Virus record (IMG/VR): IMGVR_UViG_3300021400_000130
Span: 64,001 to 128,000 of that record
DNA: 64,000 nt
Source of the DNA: a virus
Lineage: Duplodnaviria > Caudoviricetes
Reading direction: 5' to 3' (one strand)
The notes below the pieces were generated by a model. That model saw only the letters and a program-made list of their open reading frames with translations. It was not told the DNA's origin and did no database searches. The translations under genes and the position numbers were made by a program. Positions 8,362 through 19,100 of this stretch are shown here, one piece after another (position 1 is the stretch's first letter; each line of letters opens with the position of its first letter).

Positions 8362-10992
8362 TTGGCATTTGATTTAGATGCTTTCTTTGAAGAATATAAT
8401 AATAGAAAACGAATAACAGCTGACAATCTTGCTTCCGAAGCCGCTTTAACTGCGGAGCTTGAAAAACAGGCTAAACACATGGATAGTTTGCAGAAAGCTG
8501 AAGTTGAAAGATCGCTCAGAGCTCGTCAAGCATATGCCCTTGCAACGATGACTCTTACGGAACAAGAAAAAGCTACAAGAAATAATATTAAGTTTCTTGA
8601 GGGAAAGAAAGAAGAGCTCGATCTACGAAAAAGGATGCTAGAACTGGCTCAAGAAGAGACAGAATCTGACGGTGAGAAACAAAGATTAGCTGAAGAAATA
8701 CAGGAAGTATATTCTGAGCAGTTAAAGAATCAAACATTACTTAATGGCTATAAAGAAAGAGAGATACAGTTACAGAGACACATTTCTAAAGGCCAAGAAG
8801 AAGGAGCAACTCTTACAGAAAGAATTGCAAATGCTCAGAAAAGATCGAATGGTTTTCTTGAAAAGCAGAAAGAAAATGAGAAATTACATCAACGTATTCT
8901 TAAAGAAAATCAGGCAATAATTGAGGACACCGCAAGCACAGAAGAAGAACGAGCAGCTGCTAGAGAGCGTATCGCTAGAGAGAAAACTGACTATAATTAT
9001 CGTTCGGAACAGAACGCGGCACAGTATGGTTTTGCTTCTGCAAAAGAAGCAAATAGGCAGAGTATACTTTCCTCATCGTCTGTTAAAGCAACGATACTCA
9101 ATAAGATCTTTGAAGTTGTCGGAAGTATTGAAAAGAAAGTTGGACAATCTATTTCCGAATCTGCAAACTTCCAGGCTCAGTATATGGGCAAAGTTGATGC
9201 TCGTTTACAGAGCGAAGAAGAACTAACAGGCTTCTTCAAACAACTAACCGATGATGTTCAGAAACAAGTAGGTGCTAACAGGTTTGTTTCTCAGAAAGAA
9301 GTTTTGACAAATATTGCAAGATTAACGGAACAAGGTGTTGCTTATAACTTAGAGCAAAGAGCATTATTAGCATCTCTTTCTGATAAGATGGTGACAACAT
9401 TTGATGTTCTTGATGACACGCTTCAAAGACTTATAAGAGTGCAACAGGCTGATCTTACAATGTCTCAACTAGGATCAGAAGCAAAGTTAACTAGATTCTT
9501 AAATAGTCAGTTTGAAGATACTTCTTTCTTAAACCAGATGTATGACAGCGTACTAGGAGCGTTAACGGATTCTATTGCTAGTATGGATAAGAATTCAGCA
9601 ACCTCTTTTACATATGCAGTTGAAAAGTGGTTGGGTTCTCTTTACAGTGTAGGTCTTTCAGATTCTGCAATACAAACAATCGCTTCTGGAATCAATGCTT
9701 TAGCAACTGGTAATGTAGCATCTCTTAGTAGTAATCAGCCATTATCTGTTTTGATGAATATGTCAGCGACAGGTGCGGGCTTGTCGTATTCAGATTTACT
9801 TACACAAGGTCTTAATGCTTCAAATGTAAATGATTTGATGCGTTCAATGGTAGACTATTTAAGTACTATTGCAGACAATACAACAGAGAACCAAGTTCTT
9901 CGTTCTCAATGGTCTGATGTTCTTGGTATAACTCTGACAGATCTAAGAGCTGCTAGTAATTTAACACAGAATGATATTTCTGCCATATATAATTCACAAA
10001 CAGATTATAGTAAGTCTGTTGAAGAAACAAGAAATCAGATGCAAACAGTTGTTGGTAGAACTCCTACTTCTGAACGTATTAAGAATATTTCTGATAACTT
10101 TATGTTTGACTGGGGTATGAATATCGCTCAGAATGGTGCTCAATATGTAACTTGGCAACTTTCTCAGATGGCTCAAGGATTGCTTGATTCCTTTGGTCTT
10201 GGTAACAGTATGGTAGGAAAGATTGTGAAGTTAGTTGCCGCAGTTCCTGCACTTGCAAGTTTATCTGAAACTCTTGGAGACATCTCTGAAGCTAACGGTA
10301 GTTTATTTGACTTCTCGTTTGACACAAGCGGAGGAGGAGTTCTCGGTATACTTGGTACCATTGGAAATCTTTTAACGCTTCCTTTCAATATATCTAATGC
10401 GATTTCTAGTTCCTTGGGAAGTGCATTAACAACAGGAATGGGAAGTAATCAAACATTAAAAGGCTTCTCTTGGGATGAGTTTACAATGAGGGGAACAGAT
10501 TACTCTCAAGGTATCGTGGGTGTAACAAGTCCTCATACATCATCTGCTTTTTCTAGTTATAATAGTGCACAAGAAGCTTATGACGGTGTTGTAATTACAG
10601 GAAGTACATTTGGAACAGAAGCTCCTGTTATAGAAGGAGTTAGCTCTAGTGCTTACTATACTACTACGGGAGCAACTAGTACAATCAATAATCTTGTTAC
10701 TAATGCAAACAATCTTGCAACTGCAGCCTCATCAATAAGCGGATTGACAGAAGAAATTACTAGTGGAGCGAATGAGATCTACAAAGAATTATTTGAAACA
10801 CAATCAACTCCAATAAGAGTAAAACTTGCAGAGTTAGAAACTTCTTCGTTCAATCAGTTAAATAATATTGTTGCTCAGTTAGATCCAGAAGGAGTTAAGT
10901 TGCTATTACAACAGATACAGTCAACAATACCAACCAATGAAAATAATGCAACATATATGATGCAGATGATGGATATGGTGAGGAGGTTATAA
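8362..10992 (+). CDS. Tape measure protein
   Basis: 876 aa, helical/coiled-coil with a Gly/Leu-rich hydrophobic segment; follows the chaperone pair. Confidence 0.75.
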   Translation: MAFDLDAFFEEYNNRKRITADNLASEAALTAELEKQAKHMDSLQKAEVERSLRARQAYALATMTLTEQEKATRNNIKFLEGKKEELDLRKRMLELAQEETESDGEKQRLAEEIQEVYSEQLKNQTLLNGYKEREIQLQRHISKGQEEGATLTERIANAQKRSNGFLEKQKENEKLHQRILKENQAIIEDTASTEEERAAARERIAREKTDYNYRSEQNAAQYGFASAKEANRQSILSSSSVKATILNKIFEVVGSIEKKVGQSISESANFQAQYMGKVDARLQSEEELTGFFKQLTDDVQKQVGANRFVSQKEVLTNIARLTEQGVAYNLEQRALLASLSDKMVTTFDVLDDTLQRLIRVQQADLTMSQLGSEAKLTRFLNSQFEDTSFLNQMYDSVLGALTDSIASMDKNSATSFTYAVEKWLGSLYSVGLSDSAIQTIASGINALATGNVASLSSNQPLSVLMNMSATGAGLSYSDLLTQGLNASNVNDLMRSMVDYLSTIADNTTENQVLRSQWSDVLGITLTDLRAASNLTQNDISAIYNSQTDYSKSVEETRNQMQTVVGRTPTSERIKNISDNFMFDWGMNIAQNGAQYVTWQLSQMAQGLLDSFGLGNSMVGKIVKLVAAVPALASLSETLGDISEANGSLFDFSFDTSGGGVLGILGTIGNLLTLPFNISNAISSSLGSALTTGMGSNQTLKGFSWDEFTMRGTDYSQGIVGVTSPHTSSAFSSYNSAQEAYDGVVITGSTFGTEAPVIEGVSSSAYYTTTGATSTINNLVTNANNLATAASSISGLTEEITSGANEIYKELFETQSTPIRVKLAELETSSFNQLNNIVAQLDPEGVKLLLQQIQSTIPTNENNATYMMQMMDMVRRL

Positions 10993-10995
10993 TAG

Positions 10996-12168
10996 ATGGC
11001 ACAGTATTTTTCAAACACTATAGAAAGTAAGTTTATAAAGAACCTTCTTTGTAATACTCCTCTCCCTACGTATGACACTGTTAGAGAAGGAGATTATATT
11101 CTTGCTCCTTTTACATATATAAATAGATGTGATATATTTAGATGTACTAAAAGTGGTATATTTACTGAAGATGCGGAAGTTGAAAGATTTAACCACTTTT
11201 CATTTGGTACATACTATCCTAAGTTTACAGAAAAGTTCATGTCAAATAATCTCTACTATGATGTAGATACCCATAAACAATTAGGACATTACTTAAGAAC
11301 TTATCGCGATTGTTTTAATATAGATCTAATGCCCTTTTATAATTGTTGGTGTAATGAGTATGTTTCAGGTTATTTTGTAACAGATAAAGGAGTAGTTGAA
11401 GGAGATAACTCACAGTATAAAGTTGCTATTGTACCTATTAAGTTCAATAAACAGTATACAATAGCAGCAGACTCAACTTCTCCTGTAATGATTGCTCCAA
11501 TATATCTTGAAAACAATCAGTTGATTCCTGCCTGGTCTGGTTCGGTGTCTTTTGATTTAACAAAAGATCTCTGTTCTAGAAATGGTTATAGTAACGTTCA
11601 TAGAGAATTATCTTGTTCTTTCAAACAACCATTTGTAGTAGAAGTTCAGAATCACGAAGGTGATTCTCATGCTGTTGTCCATCAGAGAAATGAAAGATAT
11701 CTTTACTTACTGATTCAATTTATGTCAACAGTAGACACTACATTGATTGTTCTAGAAGGGGATTACAGAAACCTTTCTTGCACCAAGATATATAATTCAG
11801 AAGAAAAACTTGATGTTGAACATGACGGAGTTGTAACCACTGAGAAAAATATTATTACTCCAAAAGAATGGGACGCTATGATGTTGAGTAATCTTGATTT
11901 ACTTCAGTTAAGTAGTAAAGAGCAGCGTCCATTTTCAAATAGATTAGTTGAATATCTCTTAGAGAATGTAATTACTTCTAGAGATGAAATTGCACTTGAT
12001 ATAAAGATTGCTCAAAGAAGTAGAATGGAACAATCTGGTATATGGAGTAACAATCTTAGAAGGTTACTCTACGAAAATTATTTACTGAGTAGACATACAA
12101 GAAAGATTGATATTACAGGGTATGTCGACAAAGATGTTGAAAATGCTATTATGAAAGGATACATGTAA
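10996..12168 (+). CDS. Hypothetical tail/baseplate protein
   Basis: Tightly coupled ORF in the tail operon. Confidence 0.5.
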   Translation: MAQYFSNTIESKFIKNLLCNTPLPTYDTVREGDYILAPFTYINRCDIFRCTKSGIFTEDAEVERFNHFSFGTYYPKFTEKFMSNNLYYDVDTHKQLGHYLRTYRDCFNIDLMPFYNCWCNEYVSGYFVTDKGVVEGDNSQYKVAIVPIKFNKQYTIAADSTSPVMIAPIYLENNQLIPAWSGSVSFDLTKDLCSRNGYSNVHRELSCSFKQPFVVEVQNHEGDSHAVVHQRNERYLYLLIQFMSTVDTTLIVLEGDYRNLSCTKIYNSEEKLDVEHDGVVTTEKNIITPKEWDAMMLSNLDLLQLSSKEQRPFSNRLVEYLLENVITSRDEIALDIKIAQRSRMEQSGIWSNNLRRLLYENYLLSRHTRKIDITGYVDKDVENAIMKGYM

Positions 12169-12170
12169 TA

Positions 12171-12824
12171 ATGGCAGTACCATTTAACAATCATTATAGT
12201 AGATATGTTATGCCAGATAACTATCTATATCTATATCATGTTCCCAATAATAGAGGAACGATGGGAGTATGTATATTACTTCCTGCATATGCAGATTCAG
12301 TTACTGATACACAGAATGTAAACTTTACTCCTTCAACTCCTCTTGCTCGTTCGGCTCCCATTTATTCATATGCAAGTTCTGGTCCTCGTTCGTTACAAGT
12401 GTCTTTCAATCTACACAGAGACATGATGAAACAGATTAATTATGGTGTTAGTACTGCTATGATAGAAAGTGAAAGTAATGATGATTATACAGATTTACTT
12501 ATCAAGTATATTCAAGCGGCTGCACTTCCTACATATGAAGTTGCTAAGAAGATGGTCAATCCTCCACAAGTAGCACTGAGATTAGGACAAGACTTGTTTA
12601 TAAAAGGAGTAATTTCTGGAGCTGTTGGTGTTACATATCGTTACCCTATGTTAAGTGATGGGAAGTATGCACTTGTTGATGTAGCTTTCAATGTAACAGA
12701 AACAGAACCTTATGATGCTTTAATAGCAGCTCAGATGGGTAGCTCAAGAGGTTTAAATACTTCTCTTGCAAGAAATCTGTATGTAGCAGCCCCGCCTTTT
12801 TCTACATATTCTAATATTTCTTAA
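12171..12824 (+). CDS. Tail tube initiator / baseplate protein
   Basis: RSAPIYSYASSGPRSLQVSF and VNPPQV motifs; position before the LysM-type gene. Confidence 0.55.
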   Translation: MAVPFNNHYSRYVMPDNYLYLYHVPNNRGTMGVCILLPAYADSVTDTQNVNFTPSTPLARSAPIYSYASSGPRSLQVSFNLHRDMMKQINYGVSTAMIESESNDDYTDLLIKYIQAAALPTYEVAKKMVNPPQVALRLGQDLFIKGVISGAVGVTYRYPMLSDGKYALVDVAFNVTETEPYDALIAAQMGSSRGLNTSLARNLYVAAPPFSTYSNIS

Positions 12825-12837
12825 GTGGTGATTAGAT

Positions 12838-13152
12838 ATGGATAAGTTAACAGATAAGACATACAAAACTTATAAAAGAGTTTCTAGATACAGTTCATTT
12901 CCGTATTATTATGATACTGTAAATAACAAATACATATACGGGACTCTAAATCATCTTGACCCTTCTACTCCTTATACTTCATATATAGTTAAGAAGAATG
13001 ATACACTTGATTCTATCTCTCTTGCTTTCTATAATACTCCTTTATACTTTTGGGTCATATGTGACTTCAATAAATTGAATGACCCGTTTGTTAAACTTGT
13101 TGAAGGTACATCAATCAATATACCTATTTTGTCAAGTATTGAGTTTCAGTAA
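12838..13152 (+). CDS. LysM-type baseplate wedge protein (gp53/gpX-like)
   Basis: YIVKKNDTLDSISLAFYNTPLYFWVICDFN...INIP. Confidence 0.8.
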   Translation: MDKLTDKTYKTYKRVSRYSSFPYYYDTVNNKYIYGTLNHLDPSTPYTSYIVKKNDTLDSISLAFYNTPLYFWVICDFNKLNDPFVKLVEGTSINIPILSSIEFQ

Positions 13153-13166
13153 GAAGGTAGATTAGT

Positions 13167-15863
13167 ATGATATATACTTCAGTTTATTCGGGTGACGGTG
13201 GAAGTGGTCGTTCAGGAGCTAGTGCTGTTACTACAACAAATCAAACAGTAGAGCAGAAAATATGGTCATTCTTTAAGGGTAAAGGATATACAGCAGCTGG
13301 CGTAGCTGGCGTGATGGGAAACTTTCAAGCAGAAAGTGGACTTAACCCTCAGAATGTTCAAGACGGTTTCGGCTGGTCAGATAGTGACTACACAAAAAAG
13401 GTAGACAATGGGTCATATTCAAAAGATCGGTTTATGAACGACCAGATGGGCTACGGACTAGCTCAATGGACTTGGTGGTCATTAAAACGCGATCTTTATG
13501 ACTTTGCAAAACATCGTGGCACTTCAATTGGCGATCTAGATACGCAACTTAATTTTGCATATAATACTATTAAAACAACTGGGTCGCTTGAAAGTATCTT
13601 AAAATCAACAAATGATGTTGGTGCGGCTTCTGATGCTGTTCTAACTCAATATGAAAAACCTGCTGTATACAACTACGATACTAGAAGGAATTTTTCTTAT
13701 AACTTTTACAATAAGTATAGTGGGTATACTGCTTCATATAGTGCCGCGGGCACTACTCCCGTGTATTCACAGCCAACAGCTACAGATAAAGCTATAGAAT
13801 GGGCTCTTGCTCAATGCGATAAAGGATACACCTATAGTATGCAGAATCGTTGGGGTCCAACTTCTTATGACTGTTCTGCTTTTATCATTACAGCGTGGAA
13901 GAAAGCAGGAGTTAGTACAGGAGCTTCATATACTGGAGACATGGCTCGGTACTTTACTAAACATGACTTTAAGAATGTTCCTAACCTTGTTAATATCATA
14001 ACAGGAGAAGGGTTAAGGGCAGGAGATGTACTTGTTTGGAATGCTCCTGGAACTTCTGGTGCTGGGGCAGACGGTCATACCTGTATGTATATTGGAGAGG
14101 GAAGAATTGTTGAGTGTACTCCTCTCGGTATAAAAACAAGAGATTATTATAGCACAAATGTACACGGAATGGCTGTTCATTGGCAGGACGTATTAAGATA
14201 TAAAGATCCCGCTACAGGCTATTCTTCTGGTGAAGAAGATACGAGTACAGAGTCCGCAGTTAAAGATGCTTTCTTGACAGGACTTTCTAACATAGGTAAT
14301 TCAATTTCTGGTGCAATAAATAATTGGAAAAACATTATTCCAAATATACTTACTCAGCAACAGTTCAACAACGATACTAATATGAATCGTCAATATGGTT
14401 CTTATGCGGAGTATGTTGCAGCTCAAAGAAAACTGAGAAGTGCCGGAGCGGTTGAAGAATCAGAAACGATAAGAAGAGTTACTATTGCAGAAACTCCTAC
14501 AAATATTTCTACACAAAGAACAACAGGCTTATTAAGTGCTGGAACATTTGTTGAGAGCCCATTTATCATTGTTAAGATCGGTGATTATACATTTGGTACA
14601 TATGGTTATAGAAAAACTGGAAATAGCGTTAGAGTAACTTATCCTAACTATATGGACAGTATAAATATAATAAAGATAAATGGAACTGTAAATCAGTACA
14701 CAATTAACATGACTTATCAAATCGAACAAGGACAAGATCCAAATCTACTTGATAAGATATTTAGTAGTGTTGGATATGGAACTATAAAGATAAGTTATGG
14801 TGATTATAGTTCTCCTTCCTTTATCTTTAGAGAAGAAGAAGCAATTATAACAAACTTAAATTCTTCAATAGATTTTTCAAACTCAAGAATTACTTACATA
14901 ATTTCATGTACTAGTAATGCTTTACAGTTAGCAGCAAGGTCATATAATTTTCCTGGTACAGTATGCAAGCCAAGTGACAAGATAATAGAAATATTGTTTT
15001 CTGAAAAGTATGGGCTAAGAGAACTGTTTACTGGGATGAAAAATAAAACAATTGCTAGAAGGCTGATTGCAGGAGACGATTGTCAGACTAAATTAGAGCC
15101 TAAAGAAGGAATGAGTCCTTTAAATTATCTTAACTATTTAGTTTCAGAGATGTCTTCTGCAGGAGAACAAGAAACTAGTATCGGTAAATCAACATATCAT
15201 CTAACAATTGTTGACGATATAACAAATGAATATAATGGACCATATTTCAAAGTTGTTAAAGTTACAGCTGATTGTACTGCGGAATCATTAAGTGGTTCTG
15301 ATGTGTATGAAGTTGATGTTGGATACTCAGGTTATGTAGGAGATACTCCTAGTAATTATGTTTTGGGGTTCCAAGTTGAAAACAATAACTCATGGGCTCT
15401 TTTGTATAAATATTCACAAGAAGTACCAACGGAAGATTATGTGTATAACATTGATAACAATGGTAATGTTACAACACAGTATTCTCCAAACGCTATGACT
15501 TCAAGTGTTCATCACAAGACGACACAAGCACAGAAGACTTGGTGGACTCAGATGACACAATTCCCTATTACAGCAAAATTAACTTTGAAAGGTTTATTAA
15601 GACCTGCAATGTTAATGAGCTATGTTAGAGTTAACGCTTTATTTTATGGTCAACGTCATATTTCTAGCGGATTGTATATAATAACAAAACAGCAGGATGT
15701 TGTTGATAGAAATGGTTATAGAACTACTCTTTCCTTAACAAGAGTTACTGGTGACAATAATCTAGTCTTTACAACTACAGAAGTAAAACCAGCTGTTGGA
15801 GGAAGTACTACACACTATTCAAGTAGTGGTAGAGAACATGGGGGCTCTAGTGGGAGCTTCTAA
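13167..15863 (+). CDS. Baseplate hub with N-terminal tail lysozyme and NlpC/P60 peptidase domains
   Basis: GVMGNFQAESG...GYGLAQWT (phage tail lysozyme); SYDCSAFI...GHTCMY (NlpC/P60 Cys/His); C-terminal SGLYIIT..GYRTTLSL hub signature. Confidence 0.8.
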   Translation: MIYTSVYSGDGGSGRSGASAVTTTNQTVEQKIWSFFKGKGYTAAGVAGVMGNFQAESGLNPQNVQDGFGWSDSDYTKKVDNGSYSKDRFMNDQMGYGLAQWTWWSLKRDLYDFAKHRGTSIGDLDTQLNFAYNTIKTTGSLESILKSTNDVGAASDAVLTQYEKPAVYNYDTRRNFSYNFYNKYSGYTASYSAAGTTPVYSQPTATDKAIEWALAQCDKGYTYSMQNRWGPTSYDCSAFIITAWKKAGVSTGASYTGDMARYFTKHDFKNVPNLVNIITGEGLRAGDVLVWNAPGTSGAGADGHTCMYIGEGRIVECTPLGIKTRDYYSTNVHGMAVHWQDVLRYKDPATGYSSGEEDTSTESAVKDAFLTGLSNIGNSISGAINNWKNIIPNILTQQQFNNDTNMNRQYGSYAEYVAAQRKLRSAGAVEESETIRRVTIAETPTNISTQRTTGLLSAGTFVESPFIIVKIGDYTFGTYGYRKTGNSVRVTYPNYMDSINIIKINGTVNQYTINMTYQIEQGQDPNLLDKIFSSVGYGTIKISYGDYSSPSFIFREEEAIITNLNSSIDFSNSRITYIISCTSNALQLAARSYNFPGTVCKPSDKIIEILFSEKYGLRELFTGMKNKTIARRLIAGDDCQTKLEPKEGMSPLNYLNYLVSEMSSAGEQETSIGKSTYHLTIVDDITNEYNGPYFKVVKVTADCTAESLSGSDVYEVDVGYSGYVGDTPSNYVLGFQVENNNSWALLYKYSQEVPTEDYVYNIDNNGNVTTQYSPNAMTSSVHHKTTQAQKTWWTQMTQFPITAKLTLKGLLRPAMLMSYVRVNALFYGQRHISSGLYIITKQQDVVDRNGYRTTLSLTRVTGDNNLVFTTTEVKPAVGGSTTHYSSSGREHGGSSGSF

Positions 15864-15878
15864 TAGGAGAGTTAACAT

Positions 15879-16124
15879 ATGAAACCAAAAATAATTAACA
15901 CTCAGTATCTTACAGCGATTCAACAACGGAAAGATAAAGTAATAGATTATGTTTACTGTCCTGCATTTACTAATTATTATTTTGATTCTAACTTAACAAG
16001 ATTTGCTGGTCAGTTAAGTTCCGATACACAATGCCAACAAATAAATAATGAATACGGAAAAGTTAAAACTGGAACAGGAACATTCTTTGTTAACAGTAAC
16101 ACTATAAAGGTAAGAACTTTCTAA
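15879..16124 (+). CDS. Hypothetical 81-aa protein
   Basis: GGAG RBS; sits between hub and spike genes. Confidence 0.55.
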   Translation: MKPKIINTQYLTAIQQRKDKVIDYVYCPAFTNYYFDSNLTRFAGQLSSDTQCQQINNEYGKVKTGTGTFFVNSNTIKVRTF

Positions 16125-16139
16125 AGGAGATACTATCTC

Positions 16140-19100
16140 ATGCTTCAAAAGGCAATTATTGAACAGAAAATAGATAAATATTCAATGAAGGTCAGGATAC
16201 CTGTATATAACAAGATAAAATCTGATCCTACAGCAACTCCTACCGATGAATTATATACAGCTATTATTCAAACACTTCCTGGTTGCAGTCCTGTTTATCA
16301 AGAGGGAGATTTAGTATTAGTTGAATTTGAAAATGATAATATTTCTCTTCCCGTAATTATTGGACTACTTTTTAGACAGAACATGCCAGAAAGTTCTACC
16401 GATATAAATGCAGATTCTTTGAAAGTAAATGTAAATACAAATCTTACAGAAAATACTTTGATTGGATCTGTTACTCCCGAGGCCATCAAAAAGTTAAATG
16501 ATAAGTATACAAACAATGTTAAGAGAGTAGTTGTTGAGTACTCTCTTTCTAACTATGAAGATCATTATGACCAGTTTAGTCAATGGTCTGAACAGGCTCC
16601 ACAGTTCTGGCCTGGAAAGTTTATGTGGCAGAGAACAACTGTTACTTATGAAAATGATCTTACAACAAGAAGTATGACTTGCATACAGGGAGCAAAGGGT
16701 GACCCTGGATCCGGTATAACAATTACTGATACTTATGTTAAGTATGCAATCAACAATAGTGGAACAACACATCCTAGTACTTCTGCACAGAATGTGTGGT
16801 ATACCAATCCTCCTCAAACAACAGATGTTAATCCATATCTGTGGTCATGGACATATGTCTTGTATTCGGATGGAACTTCAACAAACACTTTTAATGTAGC
16901 AAGAACTAGCGCCAATTCAATAATTGTTTATCTTTATAAGAGATCCGCTTCCGACATAACGCATATTGATTGGTCTCAAACACTAACATACGATTTTGAC
17001 ACTAAACAGTTTGTTGCTTTACCAACAGGATGGTCTTCTGATATTCCAGCTGGAAATGATCCGATTTACATGACAGCTGCAACTGTTAGCTCTGTTGAAT
17101 CACAAGGTGACATTACATCTTCTTCTTGGTCTACACCAATTCTATTTACAAAAAGTGGTTTCAATTCAAAAACCATTCAGCTATATAAGAGGTCGGCTAC
17201 AACTCCTTCCGCACCAACTACTTCTGTAGTTTACACATTTTCAACAGGAGGACTTTCTCCTGCATCTCCCGACGGTTGGTCACTCGGTATTCCTACTGCT
17301 GATGGAAATCCTTGTTATGTAGTGCAGGCAACAGCTATTAGTTATGAAGGCACTGACACTATTACTAGTGGTGAGTGGTCAACTCCTACAGTTATTGTTC
17401 AGGACGGAAACTCTGATTATATTGACCAGCCTGTTGTTGATTGGTATAAAGCAACAACTAATACAACAACTCCTACAACTCCTACAACTGATATTGAAAT
17501 TGCAAGTGAGTGGACAACACTTGGTTGGACAAATGATATATCTTCAATAACTTTATCAGAAACTAATAAGTATCTTTGGAATGCAGAAGTTACACACTAT
17601 AGCATTAGTGGATATGTGAAAACAAATGCTCACATTATAACAATATATGCTGAGTCAGGAGCTGGAATATTATCCTCTACAATATACTATTTTGTAGATA
17701 CTCAAGGATCTACTCCTCCGTCAGATTCTGCTGCATGGTCTACTACATTCCCAAGCTCAATACAACAAGGTCAGTACTTGTGGACAAAAACAGTTACACA
17801 GTATACTGATACTACTATTCCTGATTCTGTTGCTTATAGTGTTAGCAGAGATGGAGAAACTGGCAGTGATGGTAAAGGAATTACTAGTATTGTTCAATAC
17901 TATGCAATAAATAATTCTGATACAAACCCGCCTGCTCCTGGATCTTCGGATTGGGAAACTACTCCTATGAATCCAACTAGCGAAAAACGGTATCTATGGA
18001 GTTACCAAAGAATTAGTTATACTACTGGAAATCCAACTATTACAACACCACATGTTATAAGTATGTATGTAGAAGATGGAGCAGCAGGATCAAATGCCGC
18101 AACAGTATTTCTGTACCAAAGAGCAGAAACTTCTTCTTCTCTAAATAAACCTGCAACAGATCTTACATATACATTCTCAACAGGTTTACTTTCTGGTAAT
18201 CTTAATGGATGGTCTCAAACAATACCTGCTACCGATGGAAACCCTTGTTTTGTAATACAAGCTACCGCTATTAGTACAGGAACAACTGACATAATTCAAT
18301 CCTCGGAGTGGAGTAGTATAGTAAAACTTATTGAAGATGGTCAGAACGGAACAGGTATTACTTCTTCAGCAGTTTCTTATGCAATATCTTCTAGTGGAAG
18401 TACTGTTCCAGAATCTGGATGGTCTCCAACATTTCCTTCAAATATTCAACAAGGAGATTATCTCTGGACTAGAACCATCACTGATTATTCAGATGGAACA
18501 TCTTCTACCTCATACTCAGTAAGTAGAGACGGTACAAACGGAACTAATGGAACCAATGGATTAAATAACGCTGTTGTATATCTGTATAAGCGTTCAGATT
18601 CTGTAGCATTAGTAGACTGGACAACAACACTTACTTATAATTTTTCTAATAAGGCTCTTAATTCTGTTCCTACAGGTTGGAGTGAGTCTGTCCCGTCTGG
18701 TACGTATCCTATATATGTTACAGCGGCTACCGCATCATCTAGAACTAATACTGATACAATACCTTACACAGAGTGGTCAGGTCCTGTTATTCTTGCTGAG
18801 AATGGTAATAACGGAACTGACGGTCTTAATACTGCAACAGTATTCTTGTATCAAAGGGCAGCCAATGCAAGTAGTTTGAATAAACCTTCTTCCAACCTTA
18901 CTTATACATTCAGTACTGGAGTACTTTCCGGGACACTTGGTAATTGGTCTCAAACATTTCCTCCTGTAAGCGGAAATCCGTGTTTTGTTATTCAGGCGAC
19001 TGCTATTAGCAATACAAGTACTGATATTATTGAAGCTTCTGAATGGAGCGATATAACAAAGATTGTTGAAGATGGTGAAGACGGAGTTGGAATTACTTCA

